A DNA stretch of 64,000 nucleotides from a virus, in IMG/VR virus record IMGVR_UViG_3300046501_000132, positions 32,001 through 96,000 of that record; one strand, written 5' to 3'. Positions within the stretch are counted from its first letter, which is position 1. The number at the start of each line of letters is the position of its first letter. The notes beneath the pieces were generated by a model. That model ran no database searches. It was given only the letters and a program-made list of their open reading frames with translations, and was not told where the DNA came from. The translations under genes and the position numbers were made by a program. Shown here piece by piece: positions 1 to 9,386 of the stretch.

Positions 1-1686
1 CCGTTCTTTGACGGTGTGAATATCTCTCAAGACTGCGCTCCGCAAGGAGGTAACTATGGGGATGCTCTATACACTAATGCGAATGGCGCATTGACTGGTT
101 ACTTCCTAGTGCCGTGTCGCGCTGACCGTAAGTTCAAGGTTGGTACTTCGGTATTGAAGCTTACGGATGACCCATCTAACACTGATGATCCGAATGTGTT
201 GACCTCTAGCGGTTCGACAACGTTCTCGTCTGGTGGCGTTTCCGAAACGCGTCAAGTAACGGTGACTAACACTACGGTGTTGACTGCCTCTACGACGCAA
301 ACTGGTGGAGTGAACTACATTGACCCGATTGCTCAGACGTTCTTGATGCCATCGACTGGCGGATCATTCGCCACTAAGGTTGCGGTTTACTTCTCTACGA
401 AGGATGCAAACGTTCCAGTGACTCTACAGTTGCGCACGGCTACTTCTGGCCTGCCTTCTTCTACTGTTATTGCGACGGTGACGCTAAACCCAAGTTCGGT
501 GAATGTATCGGCTGATGGTTCTGTGCCAACTTACTTCGTGTTTGAAGACCCGATCTATCTGCAACAAGGATCGGAATATGCGCTAGTGCTACTAGCAGAT
601 ACCCAATCGTATAACGTATATATCGCTCGTCAAGGACAAAACGTTATCGGTTCGAATATGGCTCTATCTAAGCAAGCATACACTGGTGTGTTCTTGACGT
701 CTTCGAATAGTTCTACTTGGAACCCGGATCAGACTGCGGATTTGAAGTTTGATATTTATCGTGCTAGCTTCGCAACCGGCACGAGCAGCGTAACGTTCGA
801 CAGTCTCGCTCCTGTGGCGATTCCGCTACCGTTCAACGCTGTTGCAACAACAAGCGGGTCTAATAACCTAGTGGTAACTTTAGAGTCCCACGGTTTGAAG
901 GCTGGTGATAAGGTAACTCTGAATGGTTTGGTGACCGGAAACGGCATCACTGCGGTTTCGATCAACGGAATCCAAAAGACTGTTCTGACGTCCGACATCG
1001 ACACGTTTACAATTCAAGGATCGGCAGCTGCTACTGCAACCGGAACCATCGGTGGTACTGCAATGACAGCTCTTGCGAACTATCCGTTTAACGTGTTTGT
1101 GGGTAACGTAACAACGTTTGTTCCGGATGGTTCGGAAATCACTTGGGAATATCAGTATGCTTCTCAAGCGACTCGCGTGAAGTCGGGTTGGATTAAGTTC
1201 AACCCTATGGCTGATAACTTCGTACCCGCTGAAGGTGTTGCAAGACAAGCTGGCGATGTTCAACTACGTGCTACTTTCAACGTGGTGGCCGATAACTTGG
1301 CTCCGTGTATCGAAAGCTCAGGTATCAACGCGATTCTAGTAACCAACCGAGTGGATACAACTAAGAAGGTATTCAACTATGTGTCTACGGACATTAAGTT
1401 CAATAACCCGACTACGCAGGCTCGTTTCTACATTGGTGCTAAACTACCTGGATCTGCTGGTATGAAGCTCTATTTGAAGGAAATCGACTCTGCCGACCAA
1501 GACGTTCAAGCGACGGCCTGGGTTGAGTTGAATCCGGTATCTCCGGTGACGAACAGCGAAAGCTTTATCGAGTATGAATATCACTTGAGTGGAAACTTCG
1601 TTGGTTATAAGATTAAGATTGAGTTGACTGGGGACAACAATAACCCACCTGCTCTGTCTGATATCCGGACGCTAGCATTTGCTTAA
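1..1686 (+). CDS. Large virion structural protein, C-terminal part (VrlC/DUF4815-like); 5'-truncated by window edge
   Basis: Frame is open from base 1 (PFFDGV...); DPIAQTF and DLKFDIYRASF motifs of T4-like VrlC-type proteins; upstream of neck genes. Confidence 0.7.
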   Translation, partial: PFFDGVNISQDCAPQGGNYGDALYTNANGALTGYFLVPCRADRKFKVGTSVLKLTDDPSNTDDPNVLTSSGSTTFSSGGVSETRQVTVTNTTVLTASTTQTGGVNYIDPIAQTFLMPSTGGSFATKVAVYFSTKDANVPVTLQLRTATSGLPSSTVIATVTLNPSSVNVSADGSVPTYFVFEDPIYLQQGSEYALVLLADTQSYNVYIARQGQNVIGSNMALSKQAYTGVFLTSSNSSTWNPDQTADLKFDIYRASFATGTSSVTFDSLAPVAIPLPFNAVATTSGSNNLVVTLESHGLKAGDKVTLNGLVTGNGITAVSINGIQKTVLTSDIDTFTIQGSAAATATGTIGGTAMTALANYPFNVFVGNVTTFVPDGSEITWEYQYASQATRVKSGWIKFNPMADNFVPAEGVARQAGDVQLRATFNVVADNLAPCIESSGINAILVTNRVDTTKKVFNYVSTDIKFNNPTTQARFYIGAKLPGSAGMKLYLKEIDSADQDVQATAWVELNPVSPVTNSESFIEYEYHLSGNFVGYKIKIELTGDNNNPPALSDIRTLAFA

Positions 1687-1699
1687 TAAGTAAGAAAGA

Positions 1700-1721
1700 G
1701 GGGCTGAGGAAACTCAGCCCC
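1700..1721 (+). terminator. GC-rich hairpin, possible terminator
   Basis: GGGGCTGAG-GAAA-CTCAGCCCC after stop; weak U tract. Confidence 0.5.
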
Positions 1722-1741
1722 AATTTCCACAGGAGATTTGA

Positions 1742-1960
1742 ATGCAACGAGTTAAAGACCAACCGCACCTAGTACGTACTGAAGCCAACGTTATCGAAAA
1801 TATTGATCAAGAGGCTTATCAGGCTTACATGGCCAGGCGCCGCGCGGTTAGTGACACGAAGACTAGGTTGGATAAACTAGAACAAGATACAACCGATATT
1901 AAGGAAACGCTTAATGCTATTCTTCAGTATCTAAAGAACAATAAGGACGATGGCAAATGA
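1742..1960 (+). CDS. Small conserved hypothetical protein upstream of gp13
   Basis: AGGAG RBS; coiled-coil C-terminus; position typical of T4-like phages. Confidence 0.7.
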   Translation: MQRVKDQPHLVRTEANVIENIDQEAYQAYMARRRAVSDTKTRLDKLEQDTTDIKETLNAILQYLKNNKDDGK

Positions 1961-2727
1961 AGAGAGTTCAATCACGTGCTGAACTAAAGCACAAAATTCT
2001 ATTGGAGCTGGGTCACCCATATATCAATGTAAACCTATCGGATGAACATCTTGATATGGCGATTGATACGGCCTTGCGTCACTTCTTCAAGTACAGCCCT
2101 TACGGCTCGTATGAGAATCACTACATCTACACTATCACCGCTCAAGACGTTACTCAAGGATTCATCAGCATTCCTCGGACGATTGATGCTGTGGTTGAGG
2201 TGCTGCCAAGCGGAACTTCTCTAAGTGATCTGAGCTTTGCTACTGCGGAATATCAGATGTCTCGTGAGACGTTTATGGCCGCTCAACGCTTCAACAACGT
2301 TTCCCTAGTGGATTTCGTTACGATGAAGCAACGTCTATATCACACACAACTGATCGTATCACCTCCGAAGAACTTTGAGTTTGTGAGATATCAACGTCGG
2401 TTGATTCCTTCGTTCGGTCTAATTGAAGGTCATGTTCTTGCACTACGCGTGTATGAGAATGTTGATCCTGAGGCGGCTGATGTAGGTATTGATCCATCTG
2501 ACGTGATTCCGGCTACTGATCTTTGGGATGATGAAGTCCTCAAGGAACTGGCTGTGGCTGAGTGTAAGGTTATCTGGGGTAATATTCTGAAGAAGTTTGG
2601 TCAGGTTGTTCTACCAGGCGGTGTTACGCTAGACGGACAGAAGATTTTTGATGAAGGCAAGGCTGAGTTCGATAGAATCACAGACCATATGTTATATCAA
2701 AATCCTGTTGACTTCTTCATGGGGTGA
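1957..2727 (+). CDS. gp13: Neck protein gp13
   Basis: LGHPYINVNL, WGNILKKFGQVVLPGGVTLDG and terminal DFFMG motifs. Confidence 0.92.
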   Translation: MKRVQSRAELKHKILLELGHPYINVNLSDEHLDMAIDTALRHFFKYSPYGSYENHYIYTITAQDVTQGFISIPRTIDAVVEVLPSGTSLSDLSFATAEYQMSRETFMAAQRFNNVSLVDFVTMKQRLYHTQLIVSPPKNFEFVRYQRRLIPSFGLIEGHVLALRVYENVDPEAADVGIDPSDVIPATDLWDDEVLKELAVAECKVIWGNILKKFGQVVLPGGVTLDGQKIFDEGKAEFDRITDHMLYQNPVDFFMG

Positions 2728-2729
2728 TT

Positions 2730-2978
2730 ATGAGTTATCGTTCAATTTTCAGCGGTCCTGAGATCGACCTGATCCTAGCTTCGATTAAGAACAAGTTGGA
2801 CAAGTCTGGTTCCTACACAGTGGCGAATCTACCGACTGACGCTTCAGAGGGCACGATTGCTTTCGCAACTAATGGTCGAAAGGTTGGTCAAGGTGCTGGA
2901 GCAGGAACCGGAGTTCCAGTGTATTTCAGCGCAGGCGCTTGGAGAGTATTCTCAACCGACTCCCCCGTGGCAGTCTAA
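2730..2978 (+). CDS. Small putative structural/fibre-like protein
   Basis: YTVANLP...GTIAFATNGRK...VYFSAGAW fibre-like motif; between gp13 and gp14. Confidence 0.6.
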   Translation: MSYRSIFSGPEIDLILASIKNKLDKSGSYTVANLPTDASEGTIAFATNGRKVGQGAGAGTGVPVYFSAGAWRVFSTDSPVAV

Positions 2979-2981
2979 ATA
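2975..2981 (+). promoter_or_regulatory. Late promoter (CTAAATA)
   Basis: Variant of T4 TATAAATA recurring upstream of structural genes. Confidence 0.65.
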
Positions 2982-3006
2982 ACTAATATATATTTGGAGA
3001 TTCAGC

Positions 3007-3657
3007 ATGGCGATGAATTTGATGGGCGATTTTAAGAGGCCCAATGAGCAAGACTTGATTGCTGACCTCGTGGAAGAGGCAATCGAGCAGCGCGGGGTTC
3101 CTGTCCGTTATATCCTACGCGATATGCTGAACCCGGATGAACTATTTGGTGAGTCGTCAATGTCCCAGTTCAAGGACGCATACGACTTGCCTATGTTCCT
3201 AGAGTCCGTGGAACACTTTAACGGAAACGGTGATGTGTTTGATGAATTCGGATTTGGGAAAGTCGATGCGACTATCTTCCAAGTTGGTTCACGTAGATTC
3301 CGTTTGGAACTTGCTGAGTCTGGAATTGACCGTCCTCGTGAAGGTGATTTGATCTATATGGGGATGTCTGATTCCCTATGGACTATCACTAAGGTGAAGA
3401 TGGATCTGAAGTATTACCAAGTCGGTAAGAACTATTCATATCGTTTGGTTTGTAAGCTATTCAACTACAGTCACGAGGAAATTGAGAATCCGGAAAGCGA
3501 TTTCAACGAACTCACCACTGTGGGTGATCTAGACGATGAAGGTATTAAGAAGCTGTTGGGTATTGCCCCAGCTCGTAAACAAGATGAATCGGAAGCGATC
3601 CAGGACGTTATTCAGTCCAGCATTCCGGTTCAAGACGATGAGACATTCGGTTTCTAA
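3007..3657 (+). CDS. gp14: Neck protein gp14
   Basis: EQDLIADLVEEAI, RPREGDLIY, YQVGKNY, CKLFNYSHE motifs. Confidence 0.92.
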   Translation: MAMNLMGDFKRPNEQDLIADLVEEAIEQRGVPVRYILRDMLNPDELFGESSMSQFKDAYDLPMFLESVEHFNGNGDVFDEFGFGKVDATIFQVGSRRFRLELAESGIDRPREGDLIYMGMSDSLWTITKVKMDLKYYQVGKNYSYRLVCKLFNYSHEEIENPESDFNELTTVGDLDDEGIKKLLGIAPARKQDESEAIQDVIQSSIPVQDDETFGF

Positions 3658-3665
3658 GGAACGAT

Positions 3666-4445
3666 ATGAGCGCACTATTTGGATTGGATAATTACTTCTA
3701 CCACGGCTCCATCCGCCGTTATGTCGCCCTGTTCGGTTCCTTATTCAAGGATGTATATATTCGTCGCGTCGCGGATGATGGTTCTAAAGAAGAATTCATC
3801 AAGGTGCCTATCCGCTACGGTAATGGTAATATGTACTTGAAGGCTCCACAGGATGCCTCCCGCGAGATTAAACAGATCGGCCGGATTCTCCCTGCGATGG
3901 CTTTCAAGCTAGATAATTTCTACAAGGACGTTAGCCGCAAGACTAACCCGATGAACCGTATCCAGAATCCGACTTTCAACGCGGCTGGAAAGCGAAACTA
4001 TCAGTTTAACAGGGTGCCTTACAGCTTTCTATTTGAACTAGAGATCAGAACAAAGAACACGGATGATATGACTCAAATCGTTGAGCAAATCGTCCCGGCA
4101 TTCGATGGCAACCTATCTGTGACTATCCAAGATACCACAGGTGTGGACGTAGAACAAGACATCATCATTTCTGTACAAGAAGTAACGATGGAAGACAACT
4201 TCGATGACGAACAGCAAGAACGTTTGATCGAATGGAAAATTGTATTTGAACTAAAGGGTTTCATCTATAAGCGAACCCTGACTGGTATTGTTGTTAACGA
4301 AGTGGATATCCAATGGGGTGATTCGTTCGATAACATTACTGACCAATTGTCGGTGACGGATCAAGGTACGATCACTGAAGAGCAAGGTGTACTTTCCAAA
4401 CTGACGGAGGTAGTGGATGGTATTGCATCCGCCCCTGCAGACTAA
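3666..4445 (+). CDS. gp15: Tail sheath stabiliser/terminator gp15
   Basis: YFYHGSIRRYVALFGSLF, KVPIRYG, QIVEQIVPAF motifs. Confidence 0.92.
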   Translation: MSALFGLDNYFYHGSIRRYVALFGSLFKDVYIRRVADDGSKEEFIKVPIRYGNGNMYLKAPQDASREIKQIGRILPAMAFKLDNFYKDVSRKTNPMNRIQNPTFNAAGKRNYQFNRVPYSFLFELEIRTKNTDDMTQIVEQIVPAFDGNLSVTIQDTTGVDVEQDIIISVQEVTMEDNFDDEQQERLIEWKIVFELKGFIYKRTLTGIVVNEVDIQWGDSFDNITDQLSVTDQGTITEEQGVLSKLTEVVDGIASAPAD

Positions 4446-4463
4446 CAATAATAAGGGAATAAA

Positions 4464-5030
4464 ATGAGTACAATGTCTGAAAGATTGAAAGAGACTCTAG
4501 GGATGCTAGAGAACAAGGGGATTGAGATTAAGAATGTCCCCTCATTTGAAGATGCGGAATCTGATGAAGTGGTTGGCGCTCGTGGCGGCGCCATTATTCC
4601 ATTCGTCCCCAAAGAGATCGCAACATCAATTCCTGAGACTGAAAACTCAGACATTCGTGATGACTATATTACTTCTCGTAATATCACCCACACGTTGATC
4701 GATATGGCCGGCAGCGCGCTACAGGGCGCCCTGGATGTAGCAATCGAAACGCAGCATCCGAAGGCTTACACAGTCTTCAATGAACTCGCTACGACGATGC
4801 GCGGACTATCCAAGGACTTACTTGAGATGCAGAAGATTTACAAAGAAATCTCTGCTGAGAAGAAAGCCGCTCAAGAGGCTGCAAAGAAGGTTGGTGGTGT
4901 GACTAACAACCTTAACATCACGACACACAGCGCCTCTCTGGCAGATGTGTTGAAGATGATTAAGGATGGTGTTGATCCTAACACGATTGATCTAAATTCA
5001 ATTCCAGCTGAGGTGATTGATAATGAGTAA
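4464..5030 (+). CDS. gp16: Terminase small subunit gp16
   Basis: DDYITSRN, HPKAYTVF, VTNNLNI motifs; upstream of gp17. Confidence 0.88.
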   Translation: MSTMSERLKETLGMLENKGIEIKNVPSFEDAESDEVVGARGGAIIPFVPKEIATSIPETENSDIRDDYITSRNITHTLIDMAGSALQGALDVAIETQHPKAYTVFNELATTMRGLSKDLLEMQKIYKEISAEKKAAQEAAKKVGGVTNNLNITTHSASLADVLKMIKDGVDPNTIDLNSIPAEVIDNE

Positions 5031-6840
5031 GAAAGACGTTCAATTTGCTCCATATAAAGATGGAGGCGGTCACACCTTTCCGCTCCCAGACATCTTCCTA
5101 CCTTATCGGGACACCTATAATGGCAACATTCTGATCAAGAAGGCTTTCGTGAAATCTGAACTAACTGTTCAGCACATTCTGGAAGCCGCTCGTTGCGAAG
5201 CCGATCCAATCTACTTCATCGAGAACTATTGCCGTATTATTTCTCTGGATGAGGGCATCATCCCATTCCGTCTGTTCAAGTATCAGAAGGAAATGATCAA
5301 GATGTACGCGGAAAACCGTTTTAGTCTAACGCTGACCGCGCGTCAGATGGGTAAGACGGCAGCGATGGCAGCGTTTATCTTATGGTTCGCCATCTTCCAT
5401 CCGACTAAGACAATTGCTGTGTTGGCTAATAAGGGTGAACAGGCTCAGGAAATCATGGACCGTATTCGGATGGCCTTTGAATACTTGCCTTTCTTCCTAC
5501 AACACGGTGTGAAGGTTTATAATAAGCGTCGTATTGAATTTGATAACGGATCGGTCATCTTCTCTGCCGCCACGTCTGCCTCTGGTATTCGTGGTCGCTC
5601 TGTTGACCTTTGTTACATCGATGAGGCTGCGTTTATTGAAAACGATTTGACTTTCTACGAATCCACATATCCGGTTATTACGTCTGGTAGCGCGTCGCGC
5701 GTTATTATGACCACGACGCCTCGTGGTGCTCGTGGGATGTTCTATATGCTTTGGCGGGATTCGTTAGCCAATCGCAACTTCTACACTCGATTGGAAGTCT
5801 TATGGGATGCACATCCAAAGCGGGATGAGAAGTGGAAGGAAGAAACGATTGCTAATATTGGTTACTCTCGTTTCGCACAGGAATTTGCTTGTAAGTTCCA
5901 AGGTTCGTCAGGCACCTTAATCCCAACCGAAGTTCTGGAACGGATGGAGTGGATGAATCCTCTTGAAGAAGATGAACACCTGAAGGTATATCTGAAATAT
6001 CAGCACAAGTATGTTCAAGTTGCTGATCCGGAAGATGAGAAGGGCGAACGGATGATCACCGTTCCAGTTCCGCTAACCGCTGAGGATAAACCAAGACGTT
6101 ATATTGCAATTGCTGACCCGGCCGCAGGTTTGGGTCTAGACTACTCTGTTTGTACCGTATTGGATGTTACCGAATATCCATATCGTATTGTAGCCAAGTA
6201 CAGAAACAACAATATTAGTCCGTTATTGTTCCCGCATACCATTCTAAATATATGTATGTCCTATGGTAATTGTCCAGCACTCGTTGAATCTAACAACGAC
6301 GTGGGTGGTCAGGTTACTTACATCTTGTATTACGAATTGGAATATGAGAATGTTATCTTGACGTCAAACTCTGAGCGCGCAATCGGCGGCTTGCGTGAAG
6401 GCGGTAAGGGTAATCAGGCACTACCTGGCGTGCGGACTACCAAGAAGGTTAAATCCATCGGTTGCTCTAACCTCAAGACTCTACTCGAAAATGAGTATTT
6501 GGTTATTGAGGACCAAGAGACCATCGAGGAATTGGGAACATTCATTGCTAAGGGCGCAAGCTACGAGGCGGATGAAGAGTGCCATGACGATACCGTTATG
6601 CCTTTGGTATTGTTCTCTTGGTTCATCAAATCTGAGCTATTCAATGAATACTGCGGTAGCGATATTGTTGTTGATCTATATCAGAGAAACGTCAATAAAG
6701 CGATGGAACAAATCCTGCCATTCGGCTTCATCGAAAGAGCAAACGAGGAAGTTCAAGAGTACCAAGATGTTGTGGGTGGATACTCTATGAACGTAACCGA
6801 GAATAAGGTGATGACGTTTGATGAATGGATGAACACGTAG
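5023..6840 (+). CDS. gp17: Terminase large subunit gp17 (ends in TAG)
   Basis: ARQMGKT Walker A, YIDEAAFI Walker B, HDDTVM nuclease motif. Confidence 0.97.
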   Translation: MSKKDVQFAPYKDGGGHTFPLPDIFLPYRDTYNGNILIKKAFVKSELTVQHILEAARCEADPIYFIENYCRIISLDEGIIPFRLFKYQKEMIKMYAENRFSLTLTARQMGKTAAMAAFILWFAIFHPTKTIAVLANKGEQAQEIMDRIRMAFEYLPFFLQHGVKVYNKRRIEFDNGSVIFSAATSASGIRGRSVDLCYIDEAAFIENDLTFYESTYPVITSGSASRVIMTTTPRGARGMFYMLWRDSLANRNFYTRLEVLWDAHPKRDEKWKEETIANIGYSRFAQEFACKFQGSSGTLIPTEVLERMEWMNPLEEDEHLKVYLKYQHKYVQVADPEDEKGERMITVPVPLTAEDKPRRYIAIADPAAGLGLDYSVCTVLDVTEYPYRIVAKYRNNNISPLLFPHTILNICMSYGNCPALVESNNDVGGQVTYILYYELEYENVILTSNSERAIGGLREGGKGNQALPGVRTTKKVKSIGCSNLKTLLENEYLVIEDQETIEELGTFIAKGASYEADEECHDDTVMPLVLFSWFIKSELFNEYCGSDIVVDLYQRNVNKAMEQILPFGFIERANEEVQEYQDVVGGYSMNVTENKVMTFDEWMNT

Positions 6841-6844
6841 TCAT

Positions 6845-6851
6845 CTAAATA
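6845..6851 (+). promoter_or_regulatory. Late promoter (CTAAATA)
   Basis: Intergenic, upstream of gp18. Confidence 0.7.
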
Positions 6852-6889
6852 TTACTAGGTTACACATTAACACTGATAAAGGAAAGATA

Positions 6890-8743
6890 ATGCTATTCTT
6901 GTCACCAGCCGTCCTTACTTCTGAGGACGATCAAACCCTATATACCCTGCAGGTGGCCAATAAAGTTGGCGCTATTGCAGGTGCTTTCCAATGGGGTCCG
7001 GTGGACACGCCGACCCTAATTACAAATGGCGAAAAGGAATTCACCACGAAGTTCGGTATTCCAGATAACGCAACATACAAGTATGTGATGCCGCTGCTTG
7101 ACTTCTTCAGCTACATGAACACTGCTTATGTAGTTCGTCAAGTTGGTACAACTGCGCGGAATGCTTTCCCCACTGGACAAACTGCTCAGCTAATCAAGAA
7201 CGACGATGCATTTGAACACGCTTCGCTAACTGGCGCTGACTTCATTGCTAAGTTCCCTGGTACGGCTGGTAACGGCCTATCGGTTGTTCTATTGAGCAAT
7301 TCCACGTTCGTTGGACACGAGCTAGCCAACCGCTTCACTTATGCTCCGCTAGCAGAAGAATATAACATCGCCGTTGTGGACACGACTGGTTATTGGACCG
7401 GAACTGCTGCTCGCAAGCAAAAGGAACGTCTAGTTGTTACTGGTACTGCCTCGGGTACGTCTTTGACTATCTTCGGCGTTCCTGTGACAGTTGCTGCTTC
7501 GGATACGGCTGCTCAAGTGGCTGCTAAGATCGGAGCAACTGCCGGTTTCCTAGCACTATTCGATACCGTGACCGTTTCTGGTAATATCGTTACCTACACA
7601 GAAAAGGTTGCTGGGTACTCTGCTGTCACCCCCGCCCCAGCAACGCAAGTTGGTTTGTCTTTCACGACCGACATCGTTGACCCAGGTAGCCTAGGCGGTG
7701 TGCTAGAAACGTATGAGTTGATGGAAGGCGTGACTACTGCTCGCTTTGCGGATGGCACTGTGAAATACTTTGCTGATGCGATCAACCAAGGTTCTAAGTA
7801 CATTCGCGTTGCTGATAAGAGTATTGCTCTATCTGCACGTACTGTGACTCTAACAGGCGGTGTGGATGACCAAACTGTTACGGTTTCTACTGGTTTCCAA
7901 CTATTGAGCAACCGTGAAGCCTACGACATTCAGTTCCTTATCGCTCCTGACGTAACCGAAGCCGAACAAAAGGCAATCATCGACGTGGCTGAAACCCGTG
8001 GTGACTGCATGCCGTTCGTGGCTCCGCGTATGGCTGACGTTGTGAACAACAAGGGTGGTGAAGTTGCTGCTGTTCGTGACTGGCGTCTGAATCGTCTAAA
8101 CAAGGATTCTAACTACGGTTTCGCAGTGGATAACTGGGGTTATATGTACGATAAGTACAACGATGTATACCGCTGGATTCCTGCAACGGGTGGCACGGCT
8201 GGTATCTTCGGTCGCACATTCGTTAACCAAGACCCGTGGATTTCTCCTGCCGGTCTGAATCGTGGTAAGTATAAGAACTACACTAAGATGGCTTGGTCTG
8301 CATCTGAAGAAGATCGCAATGCTTTGTACCCTTACGGTATCAATAGCATCGTTACCTTCCCTGCTGAGGGTATCGTTCTATTCGGTGATAAGACGCTAAC
8401 TCAACGTCCATCGGCATTCAGCCGCGTGAACGTGCGTTGGGCCTTCATCGTTGCGAAGCAATCTGTGGCTGCTATGGCTCGTTACTACTTGTTCGAAATT
8501 AACGATGAGCAAACTCGTTCGCAATTCGTGAACGCCGCTCGTCCGTTCCTTCGTAACATGATGAACCGCCGCGCCTTTGAGGACTTCCGCGTTATCTGTA
8601 ACGAGACGAACAACGATGGTGAAACACGACTACAGAACAAGATGGTGGTTCAGCTTCTATTGAAGCCGACATACTCTATCAACTGGGTGGTGCTAAACCT
8701 ATCTGCAATTCGTCCGGACGTGGCCTTCACCGAAAGCGAATAA
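6890..8743 (+). CDS. gp18: Tail sheath protein gp18
   Basis: LSPAV, FQWGPV, PWISPAGLNRG, FGDKT, YYLFEINDEQTR motifs. Confidence 0.96.
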   Translation: MLFLSPAVLTSEDDQTLYTLQVANKVGAIAGAFQWGPVDTPTLITNGEKEFTTKFGIPDNATYKYVMPLLDFFSYMNTAYVVRQVGTTARNAFPTGQTAQLIKNDDAFEHASLTGADFIAKFPGTAGNGLSVVLLSNSTFVGHELANRFTYAPLAEEYNIAVVDTTGYWTGTAARKQKERLVVTGTASGTSLTIFGVPVTVAASDTAAQVAAKIGATAGFLALFDTVTVSGNIVTYTEKVAGYSAVTPAPATQVGLSFTTDIVDPGSLGGVLETYELMEGVTTARFADGTVKYFADAINQGSKYIRVADKSIALSARTVTLTGGVDDQTVTVSTGFQLLSNREAYDIQFLIAPDVTEAEQKAIIDVAETRGDCMPFVAPRMADVVNNKGGEVAAVRDWRLNRLNKDSNYGFAVDNWGYMYDKYNDVYRWIPATGGTAGIFGRTFVNQDPWISPAGLNRGKYKNYTKMAWSASEEDRNALYPYGINSIVTFPAEGIVLFGDKTLTQRPSAFSRVNVRWAFIVAKQSVAAMARYYLFEINDEQTRSQFVNAARPFLRNMMNRRAFEDFRVICNETNNDGETRLQNKMVVQLLLKPTYSINWVVLNLSAIRPDVAFTESE

Positions 8744-8771
8744 TTGAACGAAGGGGAGAAATCCCCTTCAA

Positions 8772-8778
8772 CTAAATA
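8772..8778 (+). promoter_or_regulatory. Late promoter (CTAAATA)
   Basis: Intergenic, upstream of gp19. Confidence 0.6.
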
Positions 8779-8788
8779 AGGATTAAAC

Positions 8789-9316
8789 ATGCAGATTTCT
8801 CAATTGCGCCAAGCTGTAAAGTCTGGTCTAGTTCGTTCGAACCGTTGGCGTGTCACAGTCAACTTCCCTGGCTATGCCGGTTCGGGCGCTGACGGACAAC
8901 AAGCTTCTTTGCTAGCACGTACCACTAATACCCCTCCTTCTCAGGTCGGTGTTATTGATCTTACTTGGGGTGGTCGTAATCTACCGATCCCTGGGGATCG
9001 TACCTATGAAGAATTCACTGTGACGTTTATCGGCGTCAACGATATGAATGTGTACAACGCATTCCTACGTTGGTCTGAAAACATCAATGGTTCTGATTCT
9101 AACAAGGGTCTGACTGACCTTGATCTGATCATGAACGATATCCAACTTGAACTGTTGGACGTAAATGATACCGTGACGAAGACTTACCTGCTACACGACG
9201 CATGGCCCGCTACGGTCGGCCAGATGTCGATGGACTCTGGTGAAATGGATGGTTACTCGCAATACGATGTAACTTTCCGCTATGTGTCTTACACACAGCC
9301 GAACATCACGCTATAA
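8789..9316 (+). CDS. gp19: Tail tube protein gp19
   Basis: GGRNLPIPGDRTYEEFTVT, AWPATVG motifs; follows gp18. Confidence 0.93.
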   Translation: MQISQLRQAVKSGLVRSNRWRVTVNFPGYAGSGADGQQASLLARTTNTPPSQVGVIDLTWGGRNLPIPGDRTYEEFTVTFIGVNDMNVYNAFLRWSENINGSDSNKGLTDLDLIMNDIQLELLDVNDTVTKTYLLHDAWPATVGQMSMDSGEMDGYSQYDVTFRYVSYTQPNITL

Positions 9317-9352
9317 TGCATTAGTATGACGGGAGGGACTTTGTGGTCCCTC

Positions 9353-9359
9353 CTAAATA
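9353..9359 (+). promoter_or_regulatory. Late promoter (CTAAATA)
   Basis: Intergenic, upstream of gp20. Confidence 0.7.
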
Positions 9360-9386
9360 CTAGTAACAAGTTTAACAAGGGCAATT